Shown here: in pieces, positions 8,626-18,373 of the stretch
How the letters are laid out: each line of letters opens with the position of its first letter
Position numbering within the stretch: position 1 is the first letter of the stretch
DNA from: Candidatus Omnitrophota bacterium
GTDB taxonomy: Bacteria > Omnitrophota > Gorgyraeia > JAHIPI01
Assembly (NCBI GenBank): GCA_016783745.1
Contig: JADHVZ010000005.1
Span: 1,178 to 65,177 of the forward strand
Length of the DNA: 64,000 nt
Direction: 5' to 3'
Notes under the pieces: generated by a model
The model's input: only the letters and a program-made list of their open reading frames with translations
What the model was told of the DNA's origin: nothing
The model's database searches: none
Position numbers and translations under genes: made by a program

Positions 8626-10385
8626 TACTCCTTGTTAGATATAAGAAATACCCGCTCTTTAAGTGAATGACGCAAGAGGTCTCTTTTTCCTTCAAAAATA
8701 TAGCCGGTCAGATCTAAAAAATACTGCATGTCCTGTTTGTGAAACTTCTTCCATACAGAAAATTCATCAAGAATATAAAGCCTTTCCCTCAATCCCTCTC
8801 CAAGGTATTCATAATAGTCATCTTTCGTGATAACACAAAATACCCTCCCTTCCGCCGGTAAAATGAAATTTACGATGAGATCCTTCTGCTGGGTCCACAA
8901 TGTTATGCGACTCGGCACCACCCTCACTACTTTATATTCTTCAAGCAACGCGTTCAACCTGTTATAACTGACTTCGCTCGAGGCGACACCCACTGAATCA
9001 TCCTGCTTGATGAGATACCTTATTTTGCCGGTGACATCTTCCAGAGGCTCTTTGCCGGCAGTAGGCACGATATATCCGGCAAAATACGCAAAAAAAGCGA
9101 ACGAAGCGGCAAAAAAACTTATAGGAAGCAATGTCCTATTTTTCTTTAAGTACGCGTAGAGCATAAACGCGGGTACTGCCAGCATAAGAAGCGACAAAGA
9201 AAAAATAGCCTCACCCAAAACATAAGAAACAAAACCCAGCCATAATAATGCGCCGAGAAAAAAGGCCGCGATCCCGAATAAGAAGGGTAGTTTATATAAA
9301 ATATTCTTCACAGGATCTCCATGCTCGGTAAGGCTTGAAAAATATCTTCCCAAAAGAAGGGATACCGGCACTGAAAGAGCAAGGACATAGTAGCTTTCTT
9401 TAGACCATACAAGTACCAAAGATATAAACACGGCAATACACCATGCGGCTATAAGGGTAAGTCCCCACTCCCTTCCCTTTTTTCTTAAAGCATATCTTTG
9501 CACGGTAACAAGCGAAGCAGGTAAAAATAATGACCAGGGTAGATGCCTTGCGAAAAGCATTCCAATATAGTAAAACGAGGCCTTAAAATAATGAACCGGT
9601 AGATTGATCTCGGTTCCCGACGAAAAATATTTCACTTTCTTCATTATCTCCATGGTCCACACATTGCCGATATAGGCATCTCCATGAAGAAGGGTCATTA
9701 CGATAAACCATGGCGCGCTGACCGCGGCAAATATGAGAAGGCCAAGAGGAAATCTGATCTCTCTGAGCGCCTTCCATTCTTTTCTCATCGCGAGAAACAG
9801 GCAAACCGTAAATATGGGATAAAAAAAACCCAAAGGCCCTTTTGTAAGCATGGCCAGGCCCATGGGTATATACATATATAAATACCTGGCGCCGCCCTTT
9901 ATATCGCCCCGATAAGCTTTAATAAACAAATAAACGGACGCGGTCATGAATAAATAAAATGTCATATCAGGCGTCGAAAAACGTGAATACATAAAGTATA
10001 CTTCGCTTGTCGAAAGAATAAAGGCGGAAAACAGTCCTGTCCTTCTGTTAAACAGGCTCGCCCCTATCAAATAGATCAGCACCACACAGCCCAGAGAGGC
10101 TAAGATAGAAGGAAATCTGGCGCCGTATATGCCCACGCCCCAGATTTTGTATGAGAGCATTATCAGCCAGTAGAACAGGATAGGTTTTTGAAAACGCAGT
10201 TTACCGTGGTATCGCGGAGTAACATAATCCCCGCTTTCTACCATCTCTTTTGTGCTTTGGATATATCTTTTTTCGTCCGGGATGGAATGGCCGAGGCGCA
10301 CCCTGTCCAGAGAATACAGCCCGAAAAGCGCCAGTACTAATACCAACACTATTATAGCCTCTTTGGACAGGTGCCTGAGATCCAT
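8625..10385 (-). CDS. ArnT/PMT_2-like GT-C glycosyltransferase (GT83/GT39-like), paralogue 1
   Basis: DEKRYIQSTKEMVESGDYVTPRYHGKLRFQKPILFYWLIM matches the ArnT/PMT signature (DE.RY...MxxxGDW..P...G..xxEKPPLxYW). About 12 TM segments. Confidence 0.75.
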   Translation of the reverse strand: MDLRHLSKEAIIVLVLVLALFGLYSLDRVRLGHSIPDEKRYIQSTKEMVESGDYVTPRYHGKLRFQKPILFYWLIMLSYKIWGVGIYGARFPSILASLGCVVLIYLIGASLFNRRTGLFSAFILSTSEVYFMYSRFSTPDMTFYLFMTASVYLFIKAYRGDIKGGARYLYMYIPMGLAMLTKGPLGFFYPIFTVCLFLAMRKEWKALREIRFPLGLLIFAAVSAPWFIVMTLLHGDAYIGNVWTMEIMKKVKYFSSGTEINLPVHYFKASFYYIGMLFARHLPWSLFLPASLVTVQRYALRKKGREWGLTLIAAWCIAVFISLVLVWSKESYYVLALSVPVSLLLGRYFSSLTEHGDPVKNILYKLPFLFGIAAFFLGALLWLGFVSYVLGEAIFSLSLLMLAVPAFMLYAYLKKNRTLLPISFFAASFAFFAYFAGYIVPTAGKEPLEDVTGKIRYLIKQDDSVGVASSEVSYNRLNALLEEYKVVRVVPSRITLWTQQKDLIVNFILPAEGRVFCVITKDDYYEYLGEGLRERLYILDEFSVWKKFHKQDMQYFLDLTGYIFEGKRDLLRHSLKERVFLISNKE

Positions 10386-10387
10386 CT

Positions 10388-10654
10388 TTACGCCTTAGCT
10401 TCTTTATGGCGGTTTATTAAAACGAGATTCCTCAGATAAATAATAACCCCGCAAGCTTGGCCGATAGTAAATACGATATCCTTACGGTAGAATGCGGCGT
10501 ATACGAACAGGATAACACTGCCTAATATGCTAAAATACCAGAAAGATACAGGGATAACACTCTTCTTTTGCCTTTCGGAATGCAGCCATTGAACAAAAAA
10601 CCTCATAAAGAAAAAGAATTGCCCTATGAATCCAAAAATGATCCAGTTATTCAT
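10388..10654 (-). CDS. small membrane protein, lipid-A-disaccharide synthase N-terminal (LAB_N)-like partner of GT2
   Basis: 88 aa, three predicted TM helices. Size and position (immediately downstream of the GT2 DPM1-like gene, upstream of a GT-C) match the LAB_N family commonly paired with such GT2 enzymes. Confidence 0.45.
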   Translation of the reverse strand: MNNWIIFGFIGQFFFFMRFFVQWLHSERQKKSVIPVSFWYFSILGSVILFVYAAFYRKDIVFTIGQACGVIIYLRNLVLINRHKEAKA

Positions 10655-10665
10655 CTCTCCTCCGT

Positions 10666-11367
10666 CTATATCCAGCTTTTTCGATTAAAAATCAACGTTA
10701 AAAAATCGTATGAGACTTTAAACGGCCTTGTGAAGCCGTATTTTGACTTGCCGTGATCGCGGGACCTGTGGTTAACTTTTATCTCAGAACCCTTCTTCCC
10801 CTTCATCATCAATAAATAGGGTATAAACCTATGGGCGCCGTTTCTCTTGAGGGGTAAGGCCTCTACAGCCTCTCTGGTATAAGCCCTCAACGTGCACGAT
10901 ATGTCATGAAGGTGGCTCTTAAAGACATTACCCTGTATAAGATTCGCTAATTTTGAGGTTATCTTCTTGGATGCCGGGTCTTTCCTGTTATAGCGCCAGC
11001 CGCATACAAAATCATAGCCCTTCTTTAATTCCTCTAAAAGGCTGGGTATATCCTGAGGATCATTCTGCATGTCACCGTCCAGAGACACGGCAACCTTTCC
11101 CCGCACTTTTCCGAAACCGGCCTCAAGCGAAACTGTCTGCCCCCGCTTCTTCTCAGAATGTACAAGTACTACCTTGTCATCGCGCTCTTTTATTTCCTTC
11201 AATAGCGGATAGGTGCCGTCGGTGGATCCGTCATTAATGAAAATAAGCTCGTAAGGGGCCCTTAACACGTCCATCGCCCTTTTGACGGACTCATAAAGTA
11301 TTGTCACGGACTCCTCTTCGTTATAAAAAGGGACAACTATTGAATATTCGATATTGGAATCGGCCAT
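10666..11367 (-). CDS. GT2 polyprenyl-phosphate glycosyltransferase (ArnC/DPM1/GtrB-like)
   Basis: YSIVVPFYNEEESV, FINDGSTDGT and DGDMQNDP (DxD) are typical of the GT2 DPM1-like family. Confidence 0.75.
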   Translation of the reverse strand: MADSNIEYSIVVPFYNEEESVTILYESVKRAMDVLRAPYELIFINDGSTDGTYPLLKEIKERDDKVVLVHSEKKRGQTVSLEAGFGKVRGKVAVSLDGDMQNDPQDIPSLLEELKKGYDFVCGWRYNRKDPASKKITSKLANLIQGNVFKSHLHDISCTLRAYTREAVEALPLKRNGAHRFIPYLLMMKGKKGSEIKVNHRSRDHGKSKYGFTRPFKVSYDFLTLIFNRKSWI

Positions 11368-11369
11368 CT

Positions 11370-13100
11370 CTACTCCCGGTTACTTACTACATAGATCTCG
11401 TTCTGAAAGATCTCTCTAAAAGCCCTCCCTAACGAATCTTGCAGCTCATCATCAAATCTTATCCTTCTTTTCCAAACGTAATAACTGCCCAGTATGCGCA
11501 GATCTCCTTTTTTCTTATCCGAAACAAAATCTTCGTAATCTTTTTTCTTTATAACGCAAAATATCTTTTTTTTAGAACCCAGAAACCTCTCAAGCGGATA
11601 TGCGGTATCGAGACCCGGTGTACCGTCAGCTTTACGCCTGGCCTTGACATTCTCTACAGGCGTGTCAAAAAAAGCCTGCAGCTCCTCCGGGATTATGCCG
11701 TGTGAGCCTATGCCTATGCCATCCCCCTCCTTGAATTCGCCCTTGATCACCAGCGCCGCCCGCTCCATCTTGTTTGTAAGCAGTCCAAAAGGCGCTGATA
11801 CTGTCATAGCGCAATACAGGATCGAAAGCGATAGAGCTATGCTTGCCGGCGCAAATATATCATTTCTATTGCGATATCCGAATATCAAGACAGCAGGCAC
11901 GGTAAGCAACACAAGTTTCCATGCGGGTATCATGCTGCCGTCCATAATAACGTCTGAAAAAATGAACGCTACGGCAAAAATCCCTAATCCGGCAAGGGTA
12001 ACTAAAAAAGGGATCCTAAAAAACGCCCGATTAAAAGACTTACCGTCAGAAAGAACAGCGCTGAACATGCTTCCAAGCAATATTGATATTGCCGGTGATA
12101 GCGCCAGTAAATAATGCGTTCTTCTTTCCGCCACAAACGTAAAAAATAAAAACACTGTGACGGCCCATAAACACAAAAAAAGATGAGCGTCTTTCACTCT
12201 CCCGGAAGACCCTTCTGAAGCACGGCCTGATAAAACAGAAGAGCTTCTTATGAGCGCGGCCGGCAAAAAAAGTGAGTACGGAAGAAATTTAGTCGCCAGA
12301 GCGCTGAGATAAAAGGCGAATCCCTTAAAGTACGTGATAAAAAAACATTCCCGGCAGTCCTGGCCCAGACGTTGAGATATTTCTCTGACCCAGATGTGGT
12401 TTAAGTATGCCTGTCCGTGCGTCCTGTACATCGTATAAAACCACGGTATTACAATGATAAAAAATACGGCAATACCGGCCAATATGTCAACAGCCCTGAA
12501 GGGATTCTCTCTCTTGACCAGACAAAAGATCGAGATTATAAGTAAAGGCACTATAATGCCGACCGGACCCTTGACTAAAAAGGCCGATGCCAGAGCCAGA
12601 AAAAAAATAAATAGGCTTTTTTTTCCGGTCCCATCCCCGCGTAACCTTAAGAAACTGTATAGCGCCGCTGTAATAAAAAAAATCAGCGCCATATCCGGAA
12701 GGGCAAGCCTCGCGTATCTGTAATAAAGAGGGGTCGTCATAAGAAGCAGAGACGCGATCACACCCGTTTTCTTGTCTCCAAAAAGTATATTCGATAATGC
12801 AAAAACTATTAGAGCAAGTAACGCGCCGAATATTATAGACGGCAGCCTGGCAGCATACCAGTTCGCGCCTAAAACCTTAAAAGAAGCGAGGATCATCCAG
12901 TAAAAGAAAACCGGTTTTTGAAAGCGGGGTTCGCCCATATACCGAGGCGTTAACAGGTCTCCGCTTTCCATCATCTCTTTCGCGCTTTCAAAGTAGAAAT
13001 TCTCGTCTCCTTTGAATTCATGGCTAAGCTTGCCGGCGCCGAAAGAAAATAAAAAAAGACTGAATGCGAGGATTATTATCCCGTAAGGCCGCTTGATCAT
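11370..13100 (-). CDS. ArnT/PMT_2-like GT-C glycosyltransferase, paralogue 2
   Basis: GDENFYFESAKEMMESGDLLTPRYMGEPRFQKPVFFYWMIL signature. Polytopic membrane protein. Confidence 0.7.
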   Translation of the reverse strand: MIKRPYGIIILAFSLFLFSFGAGKLSHEFKGDENFYFESAKEMMESGDLLTPRYMGEPRFQKPVFFYWMILASFKVLGANWYAARLPSIIFGALLALIVFALSNILFGDKKTGVIASLLLMTTPLYYRYARLALPDMALIFFITAALYSFLRLRGDGTGKKSLFIFFLALASAFLVKGPVGIIVPLLIISIFCLVKRENPFRAVDILAGIAVFFIIVIPWFYTMYRTHGQAYLNHIWVREISQRLGQDCRECFFITYFKGFAFYLSALATKFLPYSLFLPAALIRSSSVLSGRASEGSSGRVKDAHLFLCLWAVTVFLFFTFVAERRTHYLLALSPAISILLGSMFSAVLSDGKSFNRAFFRIPFLVTLAGLGIFAVAFIFSDVIMDGSMIPAWKLVLLTVPAVLIFGYRNRNDIFAPASIALSLSILYCAMTVSAPFGLLTNKMERAALVIKGEFKEGDGIGIGSHGIIPEELQAFFDTPVENVKARRKADGTPGLDTAYPLERFLGSKKKIFCVIKKKDYEDFVSDKKKGDLRILGSYYVWKRRIRFDDELQDSLGRAFREIFQNEIYVVSNRE

Positions 13101-13104
13101 GATA

Positions 13105-13797
13105 TCATTCTTTATTTTGCTTTATACCGGTATTAGCGAGCGCGGATATAAATGCCGCCAGAAAGAACGATTCCCCCATGACCTTCGCGGAGTCTTCGGC
13201 CATCCTGAAAATATCCCGTGTGTGCAATAAATCGGAGTAAGGGGCATCTGAGAAGAACTGAGTAAATGACTCAACGCTGTTTGTGATATAGTCCAGGCAG
13301 AACATGGTAAAGAACATGAGAAACCCGCATACCAGCATAAGGATCATGTAAGGGTGTTTCCTGAATTCCCTGATAAAATCCTTTATAAAAACTATTGCCA
13401 CCAGTCCGTAGATCAAAACGATAACATCGTCAATATGATCGGTCATGGTAGTCTCTTTGATAAACAATACATGGTGTATTAATTTATCTATATTCTCATG
13501 AAGGGACAGTATCTCATCCAGCCCCAGAAAAATAAAACCTATTCCGCATATAAGAAATGGGCGCGCCGAGGCGTTCTTTCGCCAGTTTAAAGAAAATTCA
13601 GGTTCAACGGCCTTACAAATAAGATAGCACGTAAAGGCAGTGGCAAGCAGCTGTAAAAACGAGTATATAGTCACAAGCCTCACGTCCGCAAAATGGTAAA
13701 AGAACGGCCCTGTATTCCATGATATTAAAAGTACGGCGGCGGCCGCCAAAACGGTTAAGCTTATATAAAGATTTATTTTAACATTTTTATTTGGCAA
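13105..13797 (-). CDS. polytopic membrane protein, hypothetical
   Basis: 230 aa, 6-7 hydrophobic segments. No recognisable motif. Embedded between two ArnT-like genes. Confidence 0.45.
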   Translation of the reverse strand: MPNKNVKINLYISLTVLAAAAVLLISWNTGPFFYHFADVRLVTIYSFLQLLATAFTCYLICKAVEPEFSLNWRKNASARPFLICGIGFIFLGLDEILSLHENIDKLIHHVLFIKETTMTDHIDDVIVLIYGLVAIVFIKDFIREFRKHPYMILMLVCGFLMFFTMFCLDYITNSVESFTQFFSDAPYSDLLHTRDIFRMAEDSAKVMGESFFLAAFISALANTGIKQNKE

Positions 13798-15553
13798 TCG
13801 TGAGCTCCTTGCTTGTTAAAAGATATATTTCATGCCTAAGCACATCTTTCAGGATGTCTTTTTCGCCCCGCAATATCTGCAATATTACGTCCTTGCCAAA
13901 ACTTCTCTTAAGCCTTGTTTTCCAGGTTTTGCGGTTATCCATAAGGTTCAACCTGACCCTCAATTCATCCGGCAGAATCGTTTCGTAATCCTGCCTGGAG
14001 ATCACCAGATAGACATCGCTGCCTGAGTTCATAAATTCCGTCAGTCTGCTCTGATGCAGCCCCTTAGGATCATACCCCTTCTTCCATCTTACATTTGGTT
14101 CATCGATGCGCTTGTCCAAGTATATAGAAAGCCTCTGCTGGCTTATATTCATCGATCCTACGCCTACCCTATCGCCTTCCCTCAATTCCCGCTCTATCTC
14201 TTCCGCAAAGCCCCGCATCGTGTTATCATTCAAAAGAGGGATGGCCCTTCCCCCTAAAAATGCCATCAATATGCCCATCGCTATGGGAATCGCCGCAAGA
14301 ATCATTTTTTTCCTCTTCATCATGTAGGGGACGATCAGAATAAGAGGGCTAAAAAGAATAGCGTATTCATAGAAAGCTACCGTGTTCGGATAAAGATGGT
14401 TCATCGTATAAAGCAGGATGACTAGAGTCAATATATAAACTATGACAATTAAGAAAAACGGGATCCTGAAGCCCCAGCTTTTAAATAAGGCGCCTCGTTC
14501 CTGCAGGTTGATCAGATATCTTGCCACAAGCAGGGCAAGCGCGGGGGCTATAGGCAGCATATAATGGTACTCTTTCACGGAGATCACCGTAAAAAATAAA
14601 AATATTCCGAAGAAATAGCTCAGCACGAGCTTATATGAATCTTTTTCGCGGGAATATGTATTCTTGCTTCTGAACGCGTCAAAAATGGACTGCGGCAGAA
14701 ACAGAGAATACGGAGCAAGCCATCCCGCTAAAATAGGGATATAATACAGGATCCGCTTAAAATAGATCTTTACGAATTCCAGGCCTTTTTCATTGTCCGG
14801 GGCGTAAAACATCCTCATCATAGTCTCCCGCACGACAATATGGTCAAGATACTTCTGGCCGTGCAGTTTATACATGACGATATACCATGGCAGCCCTATA
14901 GCGAGGATGATCAAAAAACCCATGGGCAAATTCATGGATTTGAGAAGCTTCCATTTTTTCGTGCTGCACACAAACAACAGTACTATAATAAGCGGGAGCG
15001 CAAAACCTACATAACCTTTGTTTAAAGTGGCAAGGCCCAAAACGATGAAAAAGAAGATAAAAAACCTCCTGCCTCCATCCATGCTCTTCGAGCCTTTTAA
15101 AAACAGGTACATCGAATAAGCTACGAAAAACGTCAAGACCATATCGGGAGAAGCGTATCTGGCGTACATAAAAAATAAAGCGATAGTCGCGAGTATGCCG
15201 GCCGCCAGAAAACCGGTCTTGCGGTCGAATAGCCTGCGGCCTATGTTGAAGGTAAATATGACTGTAAGCATTCCGAAGATGGCTGAAGGAAAGCGGACCC
15301 CGAAATTATCGATCCCGAAGATAGCGTAAGAAGCACTGACCAGCCAGTAGAAAAGAATGGGTTTTTGGAATCTGAAGCGTCCCTGGTAGTAAGGCGTGAT
15401 AAAGTCGTGCCTGGCAAACATCTCCTTTACGCTTTGAAAGTAAAACTTCTCACTCTCTATAATAGGCAAGGCGGTGCCCAGGTGATATGTAAACAATATA
15501 CCGCAAAAAACCAACAATATTATTTTTATAAGTAACTCTCTTCTTCTCAACAC
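13787..15553 (-). CDS. ArnT/PMT_2-like GT-C glycosyltransferase, paralogue 3
   Basis: SEKFYFQSVKEMFARHDFITPYYQGRFRFQKPILFYWLVS signature. Confidence 0.7.
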   Translation of the reverse strand: MLRRRELLIKIILLVFCGILFTYHLGTALPIIESEKFYFQSVKEMFARHDFITPYYQGRFRFQKPILFYWLVSASYAIFGIDNFGVRFPSAIFGMLTVIFTFNIGRRLFDRKTGFLAAGILATIALFFMYARYASPDMVLTFFVAYSMYLFLKGSKSMDGGRRFFIFFFIVLGLATLNKGYVGFALPLIIVLLFVCSTKKWKLLKSMNLPMGFLIILAIGLPWYIVMYKLHGQKYLDHIVVRETMMRMFYAPDNEKGLEFVKIYFKRILYYIPILAGWLAPYSLFLPQSIFDAFRSKNTYSREKDSYKLVLSYFFGIFLFFTVISVKEYHYMLPIAPALALLVARYLINLQERGALFKSWGFRIPFFLIVIVYILTLVILLYTMNHLYPNTVAFYEYAILFSPLILIVPYMMKRKKMILAAIPIAMGILMAFLGGRAIPLLNDNTMRGFAEEIERELREGDRVGVGSMNISQQRLSIYLDKRIDEPNVRWKKGYDPKGLHQSRLTEFMNSGSDVYLVISRQDYETILPDELRVRLNLMDNRKTWKTRLKRSFGKDVILQILRGEKDILKDVLRHEIYLLTSKELTIAK

Positions 15554-15640
15554 TTCTGCCCCTGCCTTTATAAATTATATATTAAGATAACATACTATTA
15601 TCTTTATTTCAAGGCTAAAATTAGCATGTAATATAATTAT

Positions 15641-15752
15641 AAGGGGACAGACACTTTTTTTGAAGCATAGGGACAGACACTTTTTTGAGGCTACGTACAG
15701 AGCTTCAAAAAAGTGTCTGTCCCTGACAACGCTACAAAAAAAGTGTCCCCTT
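15641..15752. terminator. nested long palindrome (19-bp perfect inner stem plus about 17-bp outer stem), possible bidirectional terminator/regulatory hairpin
   Basis: gggacagacacttttttga ... tcaaaaaagtgtctgtccc are perfect inverted repeats. The outer pair aaggggacagacacttttttt ... aaaaaaagtgtcccctt is also inverted. Lies between the stop of the TMTC-like gene and the start of ArnT paralogue 3. Confidence 0.45.
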
Positions 15753-15757
15753 ATTCC

Positions 15758-17560
15758 CTAATTAACTTCCCTGAGGATCGCGGCGGATTTTTCTATATAA
15801 CCGGCATTATAATATGCCTTACTGAGATTGGAGCAGGAAGATCCGTTCCTTCGAATAGAAAGAGCCTTTTCGAAATGGTATATGGCATCGTCAAACATAT
15901 CCCGCTTGTCGAACAAGAAGCCAAGATTCGCATGTGCTTCATAAAATCCCGGCAATAGAGTTACGGCTTTTTTATACTCGGCCAGAGCCTCATCCTCCTT
16001 CCCTTTCTTCTCATAAAGCCAGCCAAGGCCGTTATGAGCGAAGGGGTGTTCAGGGTCGATCTCAAGAGCCTTTTTAAAATTCTTCTCCGCGATACCGTAG
16101 TCTTCAATGCTCATACTGGCTGTTGCGATATTAGTATAGATTTCTGCCTTTTCCGGCCCGCTATTCAAAGCATAATTATAATATGTCAGGGCTTTCTCAA
16201 AATCCTTGTTCTTTTCATAGATAGTACCGATATTGTAATACATCTTCGCTTTTTTGGGAGATGACTTAAGCGTGGCGGAATATATTGAAAGGTCGTCCTT
16301 CCAGTCCCTGTTGCGCATGAATGTCCTGAATGAATAAAGCGAGACTATGACCGCAAAAAAAGCTATAGCAAATTTAAGATCTATTTTCAGAGACTGGAGC
16401 CTTAAAAGCATCACGCTTATTATCATAAGAAAACCTATTGAGGGTATATACAGCCAGTGCTCAGCCATCTGCGCGCTCAGAGGCACTATATTCGAAAAGG
16501 GTATTAAAAAAGTTAAAAACCACGCTATTCCGAAAAATATCGCGCGTGATCTTTTATATGCGGCCACAGCTAAAAATATGATAAAAGCTAATCCCAGTAT
16601 TGAAAACACGCTATTCATATCAAAGATCGAGCGAGCCAGAGGAATGGCCCTCTCCATATGAAGGTCCGCCGGATAAAGGAGAAGCCCGATATAATCCATG
16701 ACTGTGCGGCACATCGTCAGAAGCTGCGCGCTTACAGTGGAGATGTTAGAAAAAACGTCGTTTTTCGGGGAAAAATCGAATATTGTAAGGCGTAACGTTA
16801 TATAAACCGCGCTGACCAGCAGATAGGGCCGTAATTTTCTGAACCGGGAAAGCCTGTTGCTTCCTCCTCTGTCAACGCTGACCCGTTTGCCATATGTAAG
16901 ATCATGCAATGCGAGCACCAGGGGAAATATTATAACAGACGCCTTCGACAGGAGGGCAAGGATATACATCGCTACAGATATCGGATAAAGCGCTCTTTTT
17001 TTTCTGGCGATGACATTATGCACGGAGTCCGGCTCATCATCCTTCTTTACAAGCTTCTCCTCAGGCGCTATCGAATAACGCCCCACATACGCTATGAAAG
17101 ACAATAAAAGAAAAAAGCACGCGAGGATATCAGAACGGCCCGTTAAATAATTAACCGCTCCGGTATGAACCGGGTGCACCAAAAAAAGTATGCTTGTAAG
17201 CAATGAGGCCATCCGGGATTTGCATAAAAAAAAGATGGTGAAAAAAACCAGTACGCCATTGGCAAAATGCAGCAGCACGTTAGTCAGATGGAAGCCGAAG
17301 GGGTTCAGTTTCCAAATATGGTAATCGATCAAAAACGAAACAGCCTGGACAGGCCTGTAATAATTACTATGGTCGAGCCCGAATTTTTCCACGTGCGAGT
17401 GATACAGGTCAGTAACAAATATTTTAGGGATGTATTTTACGTGAGTTATCAAGTCGTTATTCTCGATTGTGAGATGGTCATCCCACACAAAGGAATGGCT
17501 TAGTGAATTAAAATACACGGTCAGCGTGATCACGGCAAGCAGAAGAATTATTTTTTTCAT
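15758..17560 (-). CDS. TMTC-like membrane protein: N-terminal GT-C-type polytopic domain (FVWDDH acidic motif) plus C-terminal TPR array
   Basis: FVWDDH close to the N-terminus, followed by about 10 TM segments. C-terminal TPRs (AKMYYNIGTIYEKN, AEIYTNIATASMS, AHNGLGWLYEKKG, AHANLGFLFDKR). Confidence 0.55.
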   Translation of the reverse strand: MKKIILLLAVITLTVYFNSLSHSFVWDDHLTIENNDLITHVKYIPKIFVTDLYHSHVEKFGLDHSNYYRPVQAVSFLIDYHIWKLNPFGFHLTNVLLHFANGVLVFFTIFFLCKSRMASLLTSILFLVHPVHTGAVNYLTGRSDILACFFLLLSFIAYVGRYSIAPEEKLVKKDDEPDSVHNVIARKKRALYPISVAMYILALLSKASVIIFPLVLALHDLTYGKRVSVDRGGSNRLSRFRKLRPYLLVSAVYITLRLTIFDFSPKNDVFSNISTVSAQLLTMCRTVMDYIGLLLYPADLHMERAIPLARSIFDMNSVFSILGLAFIIFLAVAAYKRSRAIFFGIAWFLTFLIPFSNIVPLSAQMAEHWLYIPSIGFLMIISVMLLRLQSLKIDLKFAIAFFAVIVSLYSFRTFMRNRDWKDDLSIYSATLKSSPKKAKMYYNIGTIYEKNKDFEKALTYYNYALNSGPEKAEIYTNIATASMSIEDYGIAEKNFKKALEIDPEHPFAHNGLGWLYEKKGKEDEALAEYKKAVTLLPGFYEAHANLGFLFDKRDMFDDAIYHFEKALSIRRNGSSCSNLSKAYYNAGYIEKSAAILREVN

Positions 17561-18351
17561 AGAAGGCTCTTTTTGGCAAAATCGACGCCGTTTCTAAAAA
17601 TGTCGAGTCCGTGCCCTTCTTCCTTCAAGTCCTCTCGCGTCCACCTCGGATGCTGCGTTCTTCGGATGAATCTCTCGGGGTGAGGCATCATTCCCAATAT
17701 CCTGCCCGTAGAATCCGAAATGCCCGCTATATCATCCATGGAACCATTGGGGTTTCCCGGATAAGAAGTTTTCCCGCCGGTGGAATCAGAGTACCGGAAA
17801 ACGACCTGCTTATTTTTTTTCAGTTCATCCAGCACCGATTTGTCTTTTGTTATGAATTTCCCTTCCGCGTGCGCGACAGGTAAATATATAAGTTCCGGCA
17901 CCCCTTTAGTCCAAACGCATATATTTTCATCCGATTGCCTGAGATAGCACCATCTATCCTCAAACTTGGCCGAATCGTTAAGATTTAACGTAACCTCCAT
18001 ATTCCACATCTCCCCGCCCAGGCCCGGAAGCAATCCCATTTTAACCTGAACCTGAAAGCCGTTACATATACCCAGCATTAACTTACCGTCTGAAATAAAC
18101 CTCTCTACATCGTCACGAAGTTTATATTTGATCTCGTTCGCAAGGATCTTTCCGCTCGCTATGTCATCGCCGTAAGTGAAGCCGCCTGGAATGGCAAGAA
18201 TATGATAAGAGGAGAGCTTTTTGTCCTTTGATATAAGTTCGTTTACATGGACCAGTTCAGTGTCAGCGCCTACTTTAGAGAAAGCAAACGCCATCTCATT
18301 ATCACAGTTTGTCCCGGCTGTACGCAGTATTATTACTCTTACTTTTCTCAA
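17557..18351 (-). CDS. purQ: phosphoribosylformylglycinamidine synthase, glutamine amidotransferase subunit PurQ
   Basis: LGICNGFQ catalytic Cys motif, plus HPER near the C-terminus (the His/Glu of a class-I glutamine amidotransferase triad). Confidence 0.85.
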   Translation of the reverse strand: MRKVRVIILRTAGTNCDNEMAFAFSKVGADTELVHVNELISKDKKLSSYHILAIPGGFTYGDDIASGKILANEIKYKLRDDVERFISDGKLMLGICNGFQVQVKMGLLPGLGGEMWNMEVTLNLNDSAKFEDRWCYLRQSDENICVWTKGVPELIYLPVAHAEGKFITKDKSVLDELKKNKQVVFRYSDSTGGKTSYPGNPNGSMDDIAGISDSTGRILGMMPHPERFIRRTQHPRWTREDLKEEGHGLDIFRNGVDFAKKSLL

Positions 18352-18373
18352 GCTTTCTCTCCCGGTAATCCGG

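Noticed and set aside
9583-9804. 73-aa minus-strand ORF inside ArnT paralogue 1
   Set aside because: It is in an alternative frame of a well-supported gene, so it is spurious.
11644-12114. 156-aa plus-strand ORF and other long + ORFs (for example 38610..39113, 40612..41202, 60999..61574)
   Set aside because: All are antisense to strongly supported membrane-protein genes, with Ser/Pro/Ala-rich low-complexity translations and no homology signals.
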